Positions 10,395-24,633 of a stretch of 64,000 nucleotides of DNA are shown here, piece after piece. The stretch's first letter is position 1, and the number at the start of each line of letters is the position of its first letter. The notes beneath the pieces are model-generated. The model was given only the letters and a program-made list of their open reading frames with translations. It made no database searches and was not told the DNA's origin. Made by a program: the position numbers and the translations under genes. Source of the stretch: an uncultured Methanosarcinaceae archaeon (lineage in GTDB: Archaea > Halobacteriota > Methanosarcinia > Methanosarcinales > Methanosarcinaceae); the NCBI GenBank assembly GCA_963847185.1, contig CAWJYV010000008.1:1088001-1152000 (forward strand), read 5' to 3'.

Positions 10395-11786
10395 TTACTT
10401 TTTGAGGCCGTAGTTCTCCGGCAGGAAAACTTTAACTTCGTTTTTATATTTGTCAAGACAGTCACTCATGAACTTGTCCTTGTCGTCAGTAAGGGCCTCG
10501 AAAGCTGCCTTTGCATTTGCAAGGGCAGTTGCTTCGAACCTCGAAAGTGCAAGTTTGCCTTTTGCTCCTTCTTCGACGATTTTGATGCTCTCCATTGCTG
10601 CATTCTTTGCACGGAGATAGTTGTTGTTTCCGTCCTTGGCGATTGCCTGGCCGACTCTGTGGGCGTGCGGGTATGCGAGTACATAGCCCTGTGCGTCTCT
10701 GTACATGTCGGAAGCCGCGAACATGTCTCTCAGGATCTTTTCATTGCCCGACTCGAGGGCGACGTTCATGAGAGCACAGTCGTATGCGAGGGTCTCGGAC
10801 CAGCACTGGACTGTAGTACCGCCGAATTCGCCGTGATATTCAACGGACTCGTTGGACCAGAGGTCACAGCACTGCATGGTCAGGTTACCCATCAGGTCAG
10901 AGTGGGCACAGGTTGAGGTTTTACCTTCCTGAGCAATCGGAACGCCTGCAATAGCTTTGACAATGGTGTTTTCATATCCGCAGTCTTTTCCAGGGCCAAC
11001 TGCACCAGCTTCGTATGCACAGAGAGACCTTGCTGCAGAGATTGACCTTGCAATGATTGCGATTGTGTGGGCAAGGTTCTTATCCAGCAGGCCTCCTGCA
11101 ATGAACATTGCAGTGTTTGCCTGGGCACAGTCTGTGTCTCCTGAGGCTACAGTTCCGGTCTTCTTTGCAATTGCTGCAATGTCTTGCCAGATCATTTCCA
11201 TGTCCATGCTGCCGAGAACGCCTATGCCGTAAAGTATGCCTGCCATGTCGTTCCTGAGAATAGCATAGTCGAAAACTTCCTTACCACCCATTGACTCAAC
11301 GGCAAGCAGATCAGCACCGGACTTGGCGCACTGTTCAAAAGCCTCGAGGAATACGGAGTACTTGTCTCCTCTGAGCTGGAGGAAGTCTCTGTTCTCACGG
11401 ATATCCCCGATTGTGTGTCTGAGGGCGCACTTTATGCCATGTTCATCGTGGTATTCTTCCATGATGGTCTTCTGGGCGTGTGCGACTGCCGCTCCCCAAT
11501 CTGGATGGTTGGACATCTGCTGGACGTGTTCGGTTTCAAGCACAACAGCAGGAGCTCCAATCTGCACCATCCTTGCCATGATGTCGGTAGTGATCCTTTC
11601 ATACTCTTTTACGAGCTTTTCTTTGGATGCACCTGCTTCAGGTCTTGGGGCATAGTTCACTTCGGGAGTTGTGTATCCGGCACCGATTTCAAGTTTCAGT
11701 CCTGCTTTTACGGGCTTGACGGCTTTTCCGAAAATCATGTCATCTGCTTTTGCATAAGCCATTTTAGTATATTTTGTTACTGCCAT
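10395..11786 (-). CDS. mtaB: Methanol:corrinoid protein methyltransferase MtaB
   Basis: KYTKMAY..ADDMIFG, PEVNYAPRP, ESMGGKEVFD, GDTDCAQANTA and KDCGYE motifs. It lies directly downstream of mtaC. Confidence 0.96.
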   Translation of the reverse strand: MAVTKYTKMAYAKADDMIFGKAVKPVKAGLKLEIGAGYTTPEVNYAPRPEAGASKEKLVKEYERITTDIMARMVQIGAPAVVLETEHVQQMSNHPDWGAAVAHAQKTIMEEYHDEHGIKCALRHTIGDIRENRDFLQLRGDKYSVFLEAFEQCAKSGADLLAVESMGGKEVFDYAILRNDMAGILYGIGVLGSMDMEMIWQDIAAIAKKTGTVASGDTDCAQANTAMFIAGGLLDKNLAHTIAIIARSISAARSLCAYEAGAVGPGKDCGYENTIVKAIAGVPIAQEGKTSTCAHSDLMGNLTMQCCDLWSNESVEYHGEFGGTTVQCWSETLAYDCALMNVALESGNEKILRDMFAASDMYRDAQGYVLAYPHAHRVGQAIAKDGNNNYLRAKNAAMESIKIVEEGAKGKLALSRFEATALANAKAAFEALTDDKDKFMSDCLDKYKNEVKVFLPENYGLKK

Positions 11787-11799
11787 CTACTCCACCTCC

Positions 11800-12567
11800 T
11801 CAGTGTTTATGGAATGTCTCCCTCAATTTCACAATGTTGTCCCCATTCGCCTTGACAAAATCAGCTATTTTCGGGGCATCTGCTGCTTCTTCACCATAGA
11901 CTCCAAGCTCATATTGAGACACAAAGTCCTGGTTTACAGCACCTCCACCACATGCAAAGGGAATTCTGTAGCCTTTTTCAAGAAGTTTGTCATTAATTTC
12001 CTTGAACGCATACATGGTGGTGGTCATAAGGGCTGTACCTGTAAGCAGCATAGGCTTTTCTTTCTCCACTGCCGCTATTACTTCATCTACAGGAACATCT
12101 CTCCCAAGGTCCACTACATCATATCCGTTGGCTCTGAGTAATGCGGCCACGATATTCTTTCCTATATCATGGACGTCACCTTCTGCAACGTGGCAGACGA
12201 CTTTACCTTTTGTCTCAGGTGATTTCCCGGCTTTCTGCTTCACGAATTCGATACCTTCTAGCATGGCGTCGGCAGACATCATGACGTTTGGCAGGAAAAT
12301 GACTCCCTCATCATAAAGCTTGGTGACAACTCCCATTCCAACCATCAATGCTCCATTAATAAGAGATATTGGATCCTTTCCGGAACTAATGGCTTTTTTC
12401 AGCCCTTCTACAACATCATCTTCTTCTCCTTCGAAGATGGCTTTTGCAATCGGGTTGATTATCGGGTCTTTAGGATAGAGTTCTTCTGCGGCTGCTTCCG
12501 GTGTCATTGCCTTTTCCATTTTTACATTGTAGCGTACCAGAATCGCATCTGGGTTTATTTCTATCAA
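11800..12567 (-). CDS. mtaC: Methanol corrinoid protein MtaC
   Basis: B12-binding DVHDIGKNIV, GTALMTTT and GGGAV motifs. The start is probably TTG 12567 after GGAGG (the ORF-track start at 12582 overlaps the SD). Confidence 0.95.
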   Translation of the reverse strand: MIEINPDAILVRYNVKMEKAMTPEAAAEELYPKDPIINPIAKAIFEGEEDDVVEGLKKAISSGKDPISLINGALMVGMGVVTKLYDEGVIFLPNVMMSADAMLEGIEFVKQKAGKSPETKGKVVCHVAEGDVHDIGKNIVAALLRANGYDVVDLGRDVPVDEVIAAVEKEKPMLLTGTALMTTTMYAFKEINDKLLEKGYRIPFACGGGAVNQDFVSQYELGVYGEEAADAPKIADFVKANGDNIVKLRETFHKH

Positions 12568-12799
12568 ATATTCAACCTCCATTTTAGCATTTGAGGAGCG
12601 ACTATCCCTGTTATTTACAGAAATCCTTGATTGCTTTTTAGAGGGCTAAACTTGGGTAGAAATTAATACTCTGTTAAAAAGACTTTAATAATGTTTAGAT
12701 GTCTATTCTTTCCCCATTTTTCAATATAGACAACTACTCAAGGTCTAATTGCCTGCAAATCCCCAAATTCTTCCCAATTCCTTTAAGGGACTTCAAACT

Positions 12800-12840
12800 C
12801 CCCTTAATTTAAATAGAATTTGATATATATATAATTCACT
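12800..12840 (-). promoter_or_regulatory. Putative mtaCB promoter (TATA) giving a long (~230 nt) 5' leader
   Basis: TTATATATATATC on the minus strand at ~12834-12822. Long leaders are known for Methanosarcina mtaCB operons. Confidence 0.5.
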
Positions 12841-13273
12841 GAGCCAGCCTAGCTTCTCTAAATGAAATATATGCACTCAGGTTGGCGATGCCTGTTTCTA
12901 TATCGTTTTATTCTTTTCTTTTTTGTAGAAACTTGGGTTTTTTTAAAAGAACTTTGTATTTTATGTATTTATTTATTGGAAAAGTAATCCTTTATATATT
13001 GAAAAAATACTTAAAAGATTCCTTCTAATGTTACTGATGATGTATTAATTCACAAATTTTATGCTTTTTTTGTTTTCTTTTGCTACTTTCTATGGTTTCA
13101 GATATATTTTTTATATGGGAGGATTTTCAAAGAAATTACCAAAGTATTTAAGTAAGTATTACCTCTGTGTGCTCTCCTGGTCTTATGTGATCAGATGGCA
13201 ATACTCATGTGATTTGCAGCAAAAGTATTCTTTGCAACAATTAGCATATGGGAAAAAAGTCTTTGACAAACAT

Positions 13274-13672
13274 CTTTATATACAAGAAATGTCATGTATG
13301 AATCCCTCACACAAAGCGATTGTGTGAGCGACCGTCTCTGTTTCGATCCAAGTTGATCGAAATAATATCTTCATTTGGATTCAAACAATTGTAATCTTTT
13401 GTTCGGAATCTCTGTGAAAATTCTTCGTAAGAAGGACAATACAAAGCTTTATATACAAGAAATGTCTTGTATGTATCCCTCACACAAAGCGATTGTGTGA
13501 GCGGCCGTCTCTGTTTCGATCCAAGTTGATCGAAATAATATCTTCATTTGGATTCAAACAATTGTAATCTTTTGTTCGGAATCTCTGTGAAAATTCTTCG
13601 TAAGAAGGACAATACAAAGCTTTATATACAAGAAATGTCTTGTATGTATCCCTCACACAAAGCGATTGTGTG
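13274..13672 (+). promoter_or_regulatory. Three tandem rRNA promoters in a 173-bp direct repeat (2.3 copies)
   Basis: CTTTATATACAAGAAATGTC at 13274, 13447 and 13620 (period 173). Each is followed by the hairpin CTCACACAAAGCGATTGTGTG(A/G)G. Confidence 0.85.
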
Positions 13673-13730
13673 GGTTGAATGAATATCTCTTTCATCTTTT
13701 AATGGAGTCAGGAGTTTTTTCCTGACTGAC

Positions 13731-13773
13731 GAGGATTTTGTCGGTTCGGTTAATTCTGGTTGGTAGTTGTTTT
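13731..13773 (+). other. 5' arm of the 16S pre-rRNA processing stem (bulge-helix-bulge)
   Basis: gaggattttgtcggtt-cggt-taa-ttctggttggt pairs with accaaccagat-gccg-ata-aaccgaacaaaatcctc (~15361-15395). Confidence 0.8.
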
Positions 13774-13872
13774 TCATAAAACATCTATCGCGAACTTGAA
13801 TAACTGAATTGATGTTGTTAGTGCAAGTTTCTGCGACCAAGACCTTTAATTTTAAGTGTGCGATACTTAACA

Positions 13873-15347
<1,475 letters not shown>

Positions 15348-15431
15348 AAGCACAAAACACACCAACCAGATGCCGATAAACCGAACAAAATCCTCAAACC
15401 AGAGATCCATTGTGGATCTCTAGTCTCTCTC

Positions 15432-15504
15432 GGGCTTGTAGATCAGCTGGAAGATCGCTGCCTTTGCAAGGCAGAGGCCCTGGGTTCGAGTCCCAGCAAG
15501 TCCA
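15432..15504 (+). tRNA. tRNA-Ala(TGC) in the 16S-23S spacer
   Basis: Acceptor stem GGGCTTG...CAAGTCC, anticodon arm CTGCC-TTTGCAA-GGCAG, T-loop GGTTCGAGTCC. Confidence 0.97.
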
Positions 15505-15634
15505 TTTTTGTGCACCCGGTAAGTAAATTATCGGGGAAGGACGGATCGCCTGTGCGGAACCGCAGGCTCATGAAGTCATGTATAGGTGCTGTATACTGGA
15601 CGCTAACTGGACCTGGTTAGGATATACAGGAATT

Positions 15635-18530
<2,896 letters not shown>

Positions 18531-18609
18531 CAGGTCCAGGCGAAATCCAGTATGCAGCACATATCCTATACATGACTTTTAGTCTTTCACAAAATCCTCT
18601 TTATATGTT

Positions 18610-18736
18610 GAGTGTGGCGGCCATAGCGTCAGGGCAACTCCTGTACCCATTCCGAACACAGCAGATAAGCCTGTCCACGTTCCTTACTGTACTGAAGTAC
18701 GCGAGTCTTCGGGAACTCTGGATCGCTGCCATACTC
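18610..18736 (+). rRNA. rrf: 5S ribosomal RNA
   Basis: Helix I GAGTGTGGCGGC...GCTGCCATACTC and CCCATTCCGAACAC loop. Confidence 0.95.
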
Positions 18737-18975
18737 ACCTATAATACTTTATTCTAAATCTGTTCCATAATTAATGTTGAGTTAATTTTTGATTGTTTTT
18801 TCTTATTGATTTTTCTGATTGAAGTTTACGTTCTATTTTGGTATCGTTTTACGCTCTTTTTAAACTGTTTCTTTTACAGCTTTTGATTCTTGATTTGTTT
18901 TGTCATTTTTTCCCGCTTTTGTTTCCACTCCGTCTTCTTAAACGTGTAAGGAGAATGAAATGAGTAAGCTGTATC

Positions 18976-19235
18976 CATAAATTAGTCCTCTTGAGGTAGC
19001 GAAAAGGATTCCGTGCTGTTACTATTACATTGCAATTCCCAGAAAATATCCTATTTCCTGTGATTCCGAAGTGGAACTCAGGAAGCAAAACTCAGAAAGC
19101 GAAACTCAGAAAGCGAAACTCGGGATTCTAAACCATAAATTAATCTGCTTGAGCGAAGCGAAACAGAATGCGTACTCTCGAGGCGCAATTCGGGTGGCGA
19201 AAAGGACCGCATACTTCCGAGGCGCAGTTCGGGTT
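18976..19235. repeat. Composite REP-like interspersed repeat, copy 1
   Basis: Shares CCCAGAAAAT..C.ATTTCCTGTGAT.CCGAAG, GCGAAACTCGGGATTCTAAA.CATAAATT, TTGAGCGAAGCGAAA and GCAATTCGGG modules with 41657-41870. Confidence 0.8.
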
Positions 19236-19436
19236 TTTGAACTGCGCTTATCTTAAAGCAGGCTGCGTTGTTTTTCAATGATTTTTTTATTCCATCCCTA
19301 GTGTCGCATCAATCATCAAGGATTGAAAAATTATGAATGGATGCATCAGGAAAGTGCACATATTTCAGCTTTTTAAGACGACTGGAAATCTAAAAAAGAT
19401 TATTAGTTTACGTCTAATTGAAAATAAGGTGGATAA

Positions 19437-20039
19437 TTATTCTCCCCGCAATTCAAGCCCTGCCTTAACTCCTCTCATAACCGCTCTTGTAATCTTTTTT
19501 CCAAATTCTGTACTCGATCCTGAGTAGGGAATTTCCTGCTTTTCTCTATTTTCCGGGTCAAGCTTTGAATCCGTTTCATAGGCAACAATCACGGCATCCG
19601 TATTCGTACCCAGGAAATTATGTCCTTTCTCCAGAAGTGCGAGTCCTTTAGCTTCGGTGGCTGTTATAATTGCACCTAAGAGGGCAGTCTCGGATAGCCT
19701 TGCTGTCGAGACCAGAATTACATTTATGGTGCCTATATTTGTCCTGAATTCTGAGCCGTTACTTACACCAGCGGTTATAAAGGCTGTAAGATAGTTGTCC
19801 TCAATAACTTGAAGGTATTCCATATTTACAGCTGTCAGGAGGCCGAAGTTAGGCTCATGAATTCCCAGTCCAAGGCCGGCTTCTTTCATAAACTCCTGGG
19901 TACTTGGAGGGTTAAAGGTTCTTGGAACCTGTTTGTTGAAAATATAATTCACCCGCGAACGGCCTCCATTTAAGCCTGTGCTCACGGCTTCGAAATAGCC
20001 TTCAATGACAAGAGTGCTATCCTTTACATAGTAGTGCAT
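19437..20039 (-). CDS. cbiZ: Adenosylcobinamide amidohydrolase CbiZ family protein
   Basis: GLLTAVNM, TAFITAGVSN, GTINVIL, ITATEAK and GTNTDA motifs of the CbiZ family. Confidence 0.8.
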   Translation of the reverse strand: MHYYVKDSTLVIEGYFEAVSTGLNGGRSRVNYIFNKQVPRTFNPPSTQEFMKEAGLGLGIHEPNFGLLTAVNMEYLQVIEDNYLTAFITAGVSNGSEFRTNIGTINVILVSTARLSETALLGAIITATEAKGLALLEKGHNFLGTNTDAVIVAYETDSKLDPENREKQEIPYSGSSTEFGKKITRAVMRGVKAGLELRGE

Positions 20040-20238
20040 GAGTAACTCCGTTTTTTCAGGGATAAAATGCTAAACAGTACTCTCCGAAATAATACTTACT
20101 AGGAATAAGTTTGTATCTGTCAAGTTTTTTTTAATTTGATTCTTGCAAAAAAATGTTTACTTACTTGTGTCAGGAGTTTTGTTCGGGTGCATGAACTCCT
20201 GCTAGATTCCGGACAGATTTCAAGAGATTTCATACACT

Positions 20239-20532
20239 TTATATGTTTCCAGAGGTTGCGTTTCGCAAGCAGGTTTCCCAGTCTTCTGGATGGTCTGTAT
20301 TATCACACTGCCATTCAAATTCACGCCTTGCAAGCCTGATTGTTGCCCGTGCTCTTTTGAGTGGGATTAGCTCCTTTCCGACATCTCCTACACCACCGAC
20401 ATCCAGACAGCTTACAATATCAATCATAAAATGTTCCAGAATTTCTGGTGGTATTGATTCGTTCCTTGCATGTAGTTTTGTGCATTTAGCGAGATATTCT
20501 GCAAGTACACTGATCAATTTCTCGTCACGCAT
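20239..20532 (-). CDS. Hypothetical protein (97 aa)
   Basis: ATG preceded by AAAGGAGAG, plausible composition, no family recognised. Confidence 0.55.
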   Translation of the reverse strand: MRDEKLISVLAEYLAKCTKLHARNESIPPEILEHFMIDIVSCLDVGGVGDVGKELIPLKRARATIRLARREFEWQCDNTDHPEDWETCLRNATSGNI

Positions 20533-20881
20533 GGTCTATCTCTCCTTTGAATGATAAGTGCGCAATCAACTTTATTACACGACTTTAAATTCTGGAAAAT
20601 CATAATTAAACTGTATAAAAACGTATAAATATCTTCCTTAACTCATATCAGAATATCTTATATCCATATTTCCCAAGAACTATGCCTAAAACAGCAATTA
20701 ACTTATTCTTTTTTTGGGGTTTAAAGGTTTCTAAATTGTTGCACTTGGGATGATTTCTACAGTGTTTTTGAGCTTACCTTCAAGTTTTACCTCACTGAAA
20801 ACTTTTTGTTATGGAAACGTTAACAATATAACATTAGACAATCTGAGATAAGACACAACTAAAAACTTGAGGGTGCTGTAG

Positions 20882-21510
20882 ATGTCAAAGTTAGACTTAA
20901 AAAAGGAAAATAAAGAACTGTATAATCCATCCGCAAAAGCCGTTTCGATCGCAGATGTTCCTGAAATGAATTTTCTGATGATAGATGGCGAAGGAGACCC
21001 AAATACTTCGCATGAATATCAAGCTGCAATAGAAGCATTGTTTTCAGTATCTTTTAAAGTTAATTCATCTCTGAAAAAGAAAATTCTCAGGACTATGTTG
21101 TAATGCCTCTTGAAGGGCTTTGGTGGGCTGAAAATATGGAGGATTTCAGCATTAAAGACAAAAAAACTTGGAAATGGACCTCAATGGTAAGGCAACCCGA
21201 TTTTATTACGAAAAAAATGATCGAAAAAGCTATAGAAGAAGCAGGTAAAAAGAAAAATTTGCCTGCACTTTCCAGAATAAGGTTTCAAAATCTTCATGAA
21301 GGATTATCAGCTCATATAATGCACATTGGTCCCTACTCTGACGAAGGTCAGACTATAGAGAAACTACATAATTTTATTGAAGAGAGTGGTTATGAATTTG
21401 ATGGCAGCAGGCCTGGTGAGAGGCATCACGAAATATACTTAAGTGACGCACGAAGAACTAAACCTGATAAACTTAAAACTATTATAAGGCAACCAGTAAA
21501 AAATAAATAA
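20882..21510 (+). pseudogene. GyrI-like small-molecule-binding protein, frameshifted
   Basis: KLDLKKENKELY, FLMIDGEGDPN, PLEGLWW, HIGPY and HHEIYLSD motifs. A single missing A at ~21062 (gtt aa ttc) splits the ORF, and repair gives VKFISEKENSQDYVVMPLEGLWW. Confidence 0.8.
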
Positions 21511-21795
21511 TAAAAATAAGGAGTTCATGAAAAATAAAATGGTTCATAAAAAATAAGAATAAAATGATGAATATATTTCTGTATTTTTCTGTCAGTTCGG
21601 AGAGGTTAATGCGGGCAGCAAAGCAGGATACTTCATCTATTTACTGAAAGGTCAATTCTAAGAAGTTAAGGTTTATTTTTCAGAAAATATGTTTCAAAAT
21701 CAATTTATATCTCGAATTATTATTCTTAAGAGTTATTATAAAAGCAAGATTTATTTTTTTCCAATATTATTTCATTACAAGGGGAGTGTTGGCTC

Positions 21796-23289
21796 GTGAA
21801 AGGGAGGATTATCCAGTCTATTTGTATTATTTTTTTGTATATGCTTGTGGTAGCAGTAACTCAGGCAGGTGCTACAATTATTATTGTAGATATTAATGGA
21901 GAGGGAAATTATAGCTCGATTCAAGAAGCCATTAACAGTGCACAAAATGGAGATACAATTCTTGTAGGTTCGGGAATATATCATGAAAATATAAAAGTGA
22001 ATAAAGAACTCACAATTCTCTCAAGTTCAAGCCTCTCAGGCAGCCAGACTCGGACTTATGTTATTGGTGCAGTTCCAGAATATAATGTTTTTGATATTTA
22101 TACAAGTAATGTGACAATAGACGGTTTTTGTATCTCAGGAGGCTCACTGGGAACTGATTGGCACAGATCAGGGATCTACCTTGAAGGAGTGAAAAACTGC
22201 TCATTAAACAACAACACTCTAATACAGAATAATTGGGGTATTTCTCTCAATGGTTCTCAAGGTAATTATATTTTCAGTAATCTGGTAAGCCTCGGAAGTT
22301 ACGGAATCTCTCTTGTTGATTCTGAAGAAAATGTATTGTCAAATAATCTTGCGATTTCAAATGACCGGGGAATTTCACTGAATAACTCGGTTAATAATAC
22401 TATTGTTAATAACACTGCAAGTTTAAATGCAATTGGAATTTTTCTGGAAATTTCTCAAATGAATATGCTTGCTCATAATCTTATTTCTAAAAACAAATAT
22501 GGAACTCTTTGCCAGGCCTCGGAGTTCAACACTTTGATCAATAACAGTCTTTATCTTAATGATATTGGAGTGCACTTCAATGAATCATCTAACAATGCAG
22601 TTTACCAGAATGAGTTAATTAATTTGGTTAACGCTATGGATGAGGAAAATAACTCCTGGAACAGTAGCTCGACAGGGAATTTCTGGAATGACTATACAGG
22701 ACAGGATGCTGACAGAAATAGTATAGGCGATATTCCATACGCTATCAACCAGACAACCAGAAGTATGGATTATATGCCTCTAGTGAATGAGACTTTTTCA
22801 GACAACAACTATGAAAGAGTAATCTATAACAATAATTTCATCTTTTTATTAAATGAAAAAATTTTTACGAGGTCTCAGAATACCCTGGAAGAAGGTATTG
22901 TTATCGAAGCAACTGAACTTGGGCAGATAAATACGTCTCTTCAGGAAGGCCCGGTTTTTTTGAGACTTGGAGCTGAGTGGTGTCCGATGTGCCAGTCTAT
23001 GAAACCCATCGTTAAAGAATTGGCAGCAGAATATGGGGGAAAAGTTACTGTAATGTCCGTAAATCTTAATCAGAATCCTGAATTTTCAACTTATTTCGGA
23101 GTTGATTATATTCCTGATTCCTTCGTAATCGTAGGCATTGAAAACGGGCAATACATTTACATGCAAGAGAATGGGAATGTTACTACAGATCGTTTTAAGG
23201 CTAGAATTGTCGGACTCAGGGATAAAGAAGCATTTGAAAAACTTCTGAATCTTTCTCTTCTCAATAAAAATAAAGATAAATCCACGTAA
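21796..23289 (+). CDS. Secreted NosD-type beta-helix protein fused to a C-terminal thioredoxin domain
   Basis: Signal peptide, beta-helix N-repeats and GNFWNDY.G.D, then FLRLGAEWCPMCQSMKP...FGVDYIP (CxxC and cis-Pro loop). Confidence 0.85.
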   Translation: MKGRIIQSICIIFLYMLVVAVTQAGATIIIVDINGEGNYSSIQEAINSAQNGDTILVGSGIYHENIKVNKELTILSSSSLSGSQTRTYVIGAVPEYNVFDIYTSNVTIDGFCISGGSLGTDWHRSGIYLEGVKNCSLNNNTLIQNNWGISLNGSQGNYIFSNLVSLGSYGISLVDSEENVLSNNLAISNDRGISLNNSVNNTIVNNTASLNAIGIFLEISQMNMLAHNLISKNKYGTLCQASEFNTLINNSLYLNDIGVHFNESSNNAVYQNELINLVNAMDEENNSWNSSSTGNFWNDYTGQDADRNSIGDIPYAINQTTRSMDYMPLVNETFSDNNYERVIYNNNFIFLLNEKIFTRSQNTLEEGIVIEATELGQINTSLQEGPVFLRLGAEWCPMCQSMKPIVKELAAEYGGKVTVMSVNLNQNPEFSTYFGVDYIPDSFVIVGIENGQYIYMQENGNVTTDRFKARIVGLRDKEAFEKLLNLSLLNKNKDKST

Positions 23290-23673
23290 AAAGAACTGAG
23301 CAATACAAAAATTCATAAAGACTAAAATAGAAAATAGTCCGAAAGGATCTCACTTATCATTTCTGCATTAGACGATCAGGCAAGGACAGTTTGTTATATG
23401 GTCCTAGGAGTCTCTTAGATTCAATGTTGATCAGCTTTAATCAAATTATATTCAAATGCTCTTAAAAAGGTCTGAATATTTTTTAATCGTCCATTTTTTT
23501 TCTAATTTTTAGAAAGTCCTTAAATTTCCCGAATTTATAGGCTATTTAAAATAGGCTTTTTCAGCTTTCAACCTTAATTTTGAGTTTGTGGAAATTTCGG
23601 GCAATGTAACTCAAACTTCCAAAAGTTTTTTAAACAATTAAATCGTTAACAGTTTTTGCGAGAAAAGAGAAAG

Positions 23674-23857
23674 TTATCCCCTCCATGTTCTCTTTTCTTT
23701 TTCCTTTTTCGTCTTCATTTCAGTCAGAAATCTGTAACATAAACGACCTGGATCCAGTTTCAAATATGTTTTTTCATTCTTTCTGTTTTCATTCCTCTCC
23801 TATTTCTTTTCTAAATTCTGTATAATCTCTCTCGATTTCTTCAAGTTCGTATTCCAT
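23674..23857 (-). pseudogene. Possible small charged protein split by a +1 frameshift
   Basis: GGAGGT SD, MEYELEEIERDYTEFRKEIGEE*, then the +1 frame NENRKNEKTYLKLDPGRLCYRFLTEMKTKKEKEKRTWRG*. Confidence 0.35.
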
Positions 23858-24633
23858 TTTATACCTCCATTTTGAATTGAAAATATTGAAATTTTTCTAC
23901 AGGGCTCACACGGTTGAACAGGGAATTTTTGTTTCATCAAAGGTTACATAGCTTTTAAGAAAACCATGTAAAGTTTATTTCAGTCGAGTACCCGCTAGCT
24001 TGCTGCGAGGTACGTCACCACAACTTTGATTTGAAGATTTTTTCATCCGCTTTTTCTTTTATCTTGGGTCTTTTTATTGAATCTAAGTTCCTTAACTTTC
24101 CATCGGAAATAGGTATCCTTCTTCCTATTTAATTATATAACTAATTTTTCATTATTTTTCTTAATTCAACAGAAATATTTCTTATACAGAAAACAAATTG
24201 CAATTAATTTAACGTAGTTCAAACTCTAATTTATTATTTTTTTCATAAAACTATATTTTTTTACTAATGATATATTTATCTATTTATTTTATAACTCGAC
24301 AACCATATATATCACAAAAGGCATAGGGTTTTATGCAACTGTAATATATTTCGAAATTTTCACTAAAAGTGTCAAAACCGATGTAAAAGTAAATAGATAA
24401 AAAAGAAGTGTTCTTAGTGTCCTTTGTTTGAAGTAGAATAATATTCTTGCATGTAAGGAAACAGGAAATGAATGCCTTAGTAAATCTCCAAAATTTAGGA
24501 AGTATATTTTTCCATTTGTTTACATGGATATAACTCCCTTCTTTCATAGAGGGAAAAACAATCTTAACTCAACTCTATAAATGTAGTGCGTTTCTACAGA
24601 GAATCTCACGTAAGTGAATTGAAGGGGAAACAA

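Noticed and set aside
10293-10916. 207-aa plus-strand ORF
   Set aside because: It is the antisense shadow of mtaB and of the mtaB relic
19071-19278. Short ORFs at 19071-19278 and 41718-41900
   Set aside because: They are translations of the REP-like repeat, not supported as genes
24284-24547. 87-aa minus-strand ORF
   Set aside because: No SD, atypical composition in AT-rich DNA, and no recognisable motif
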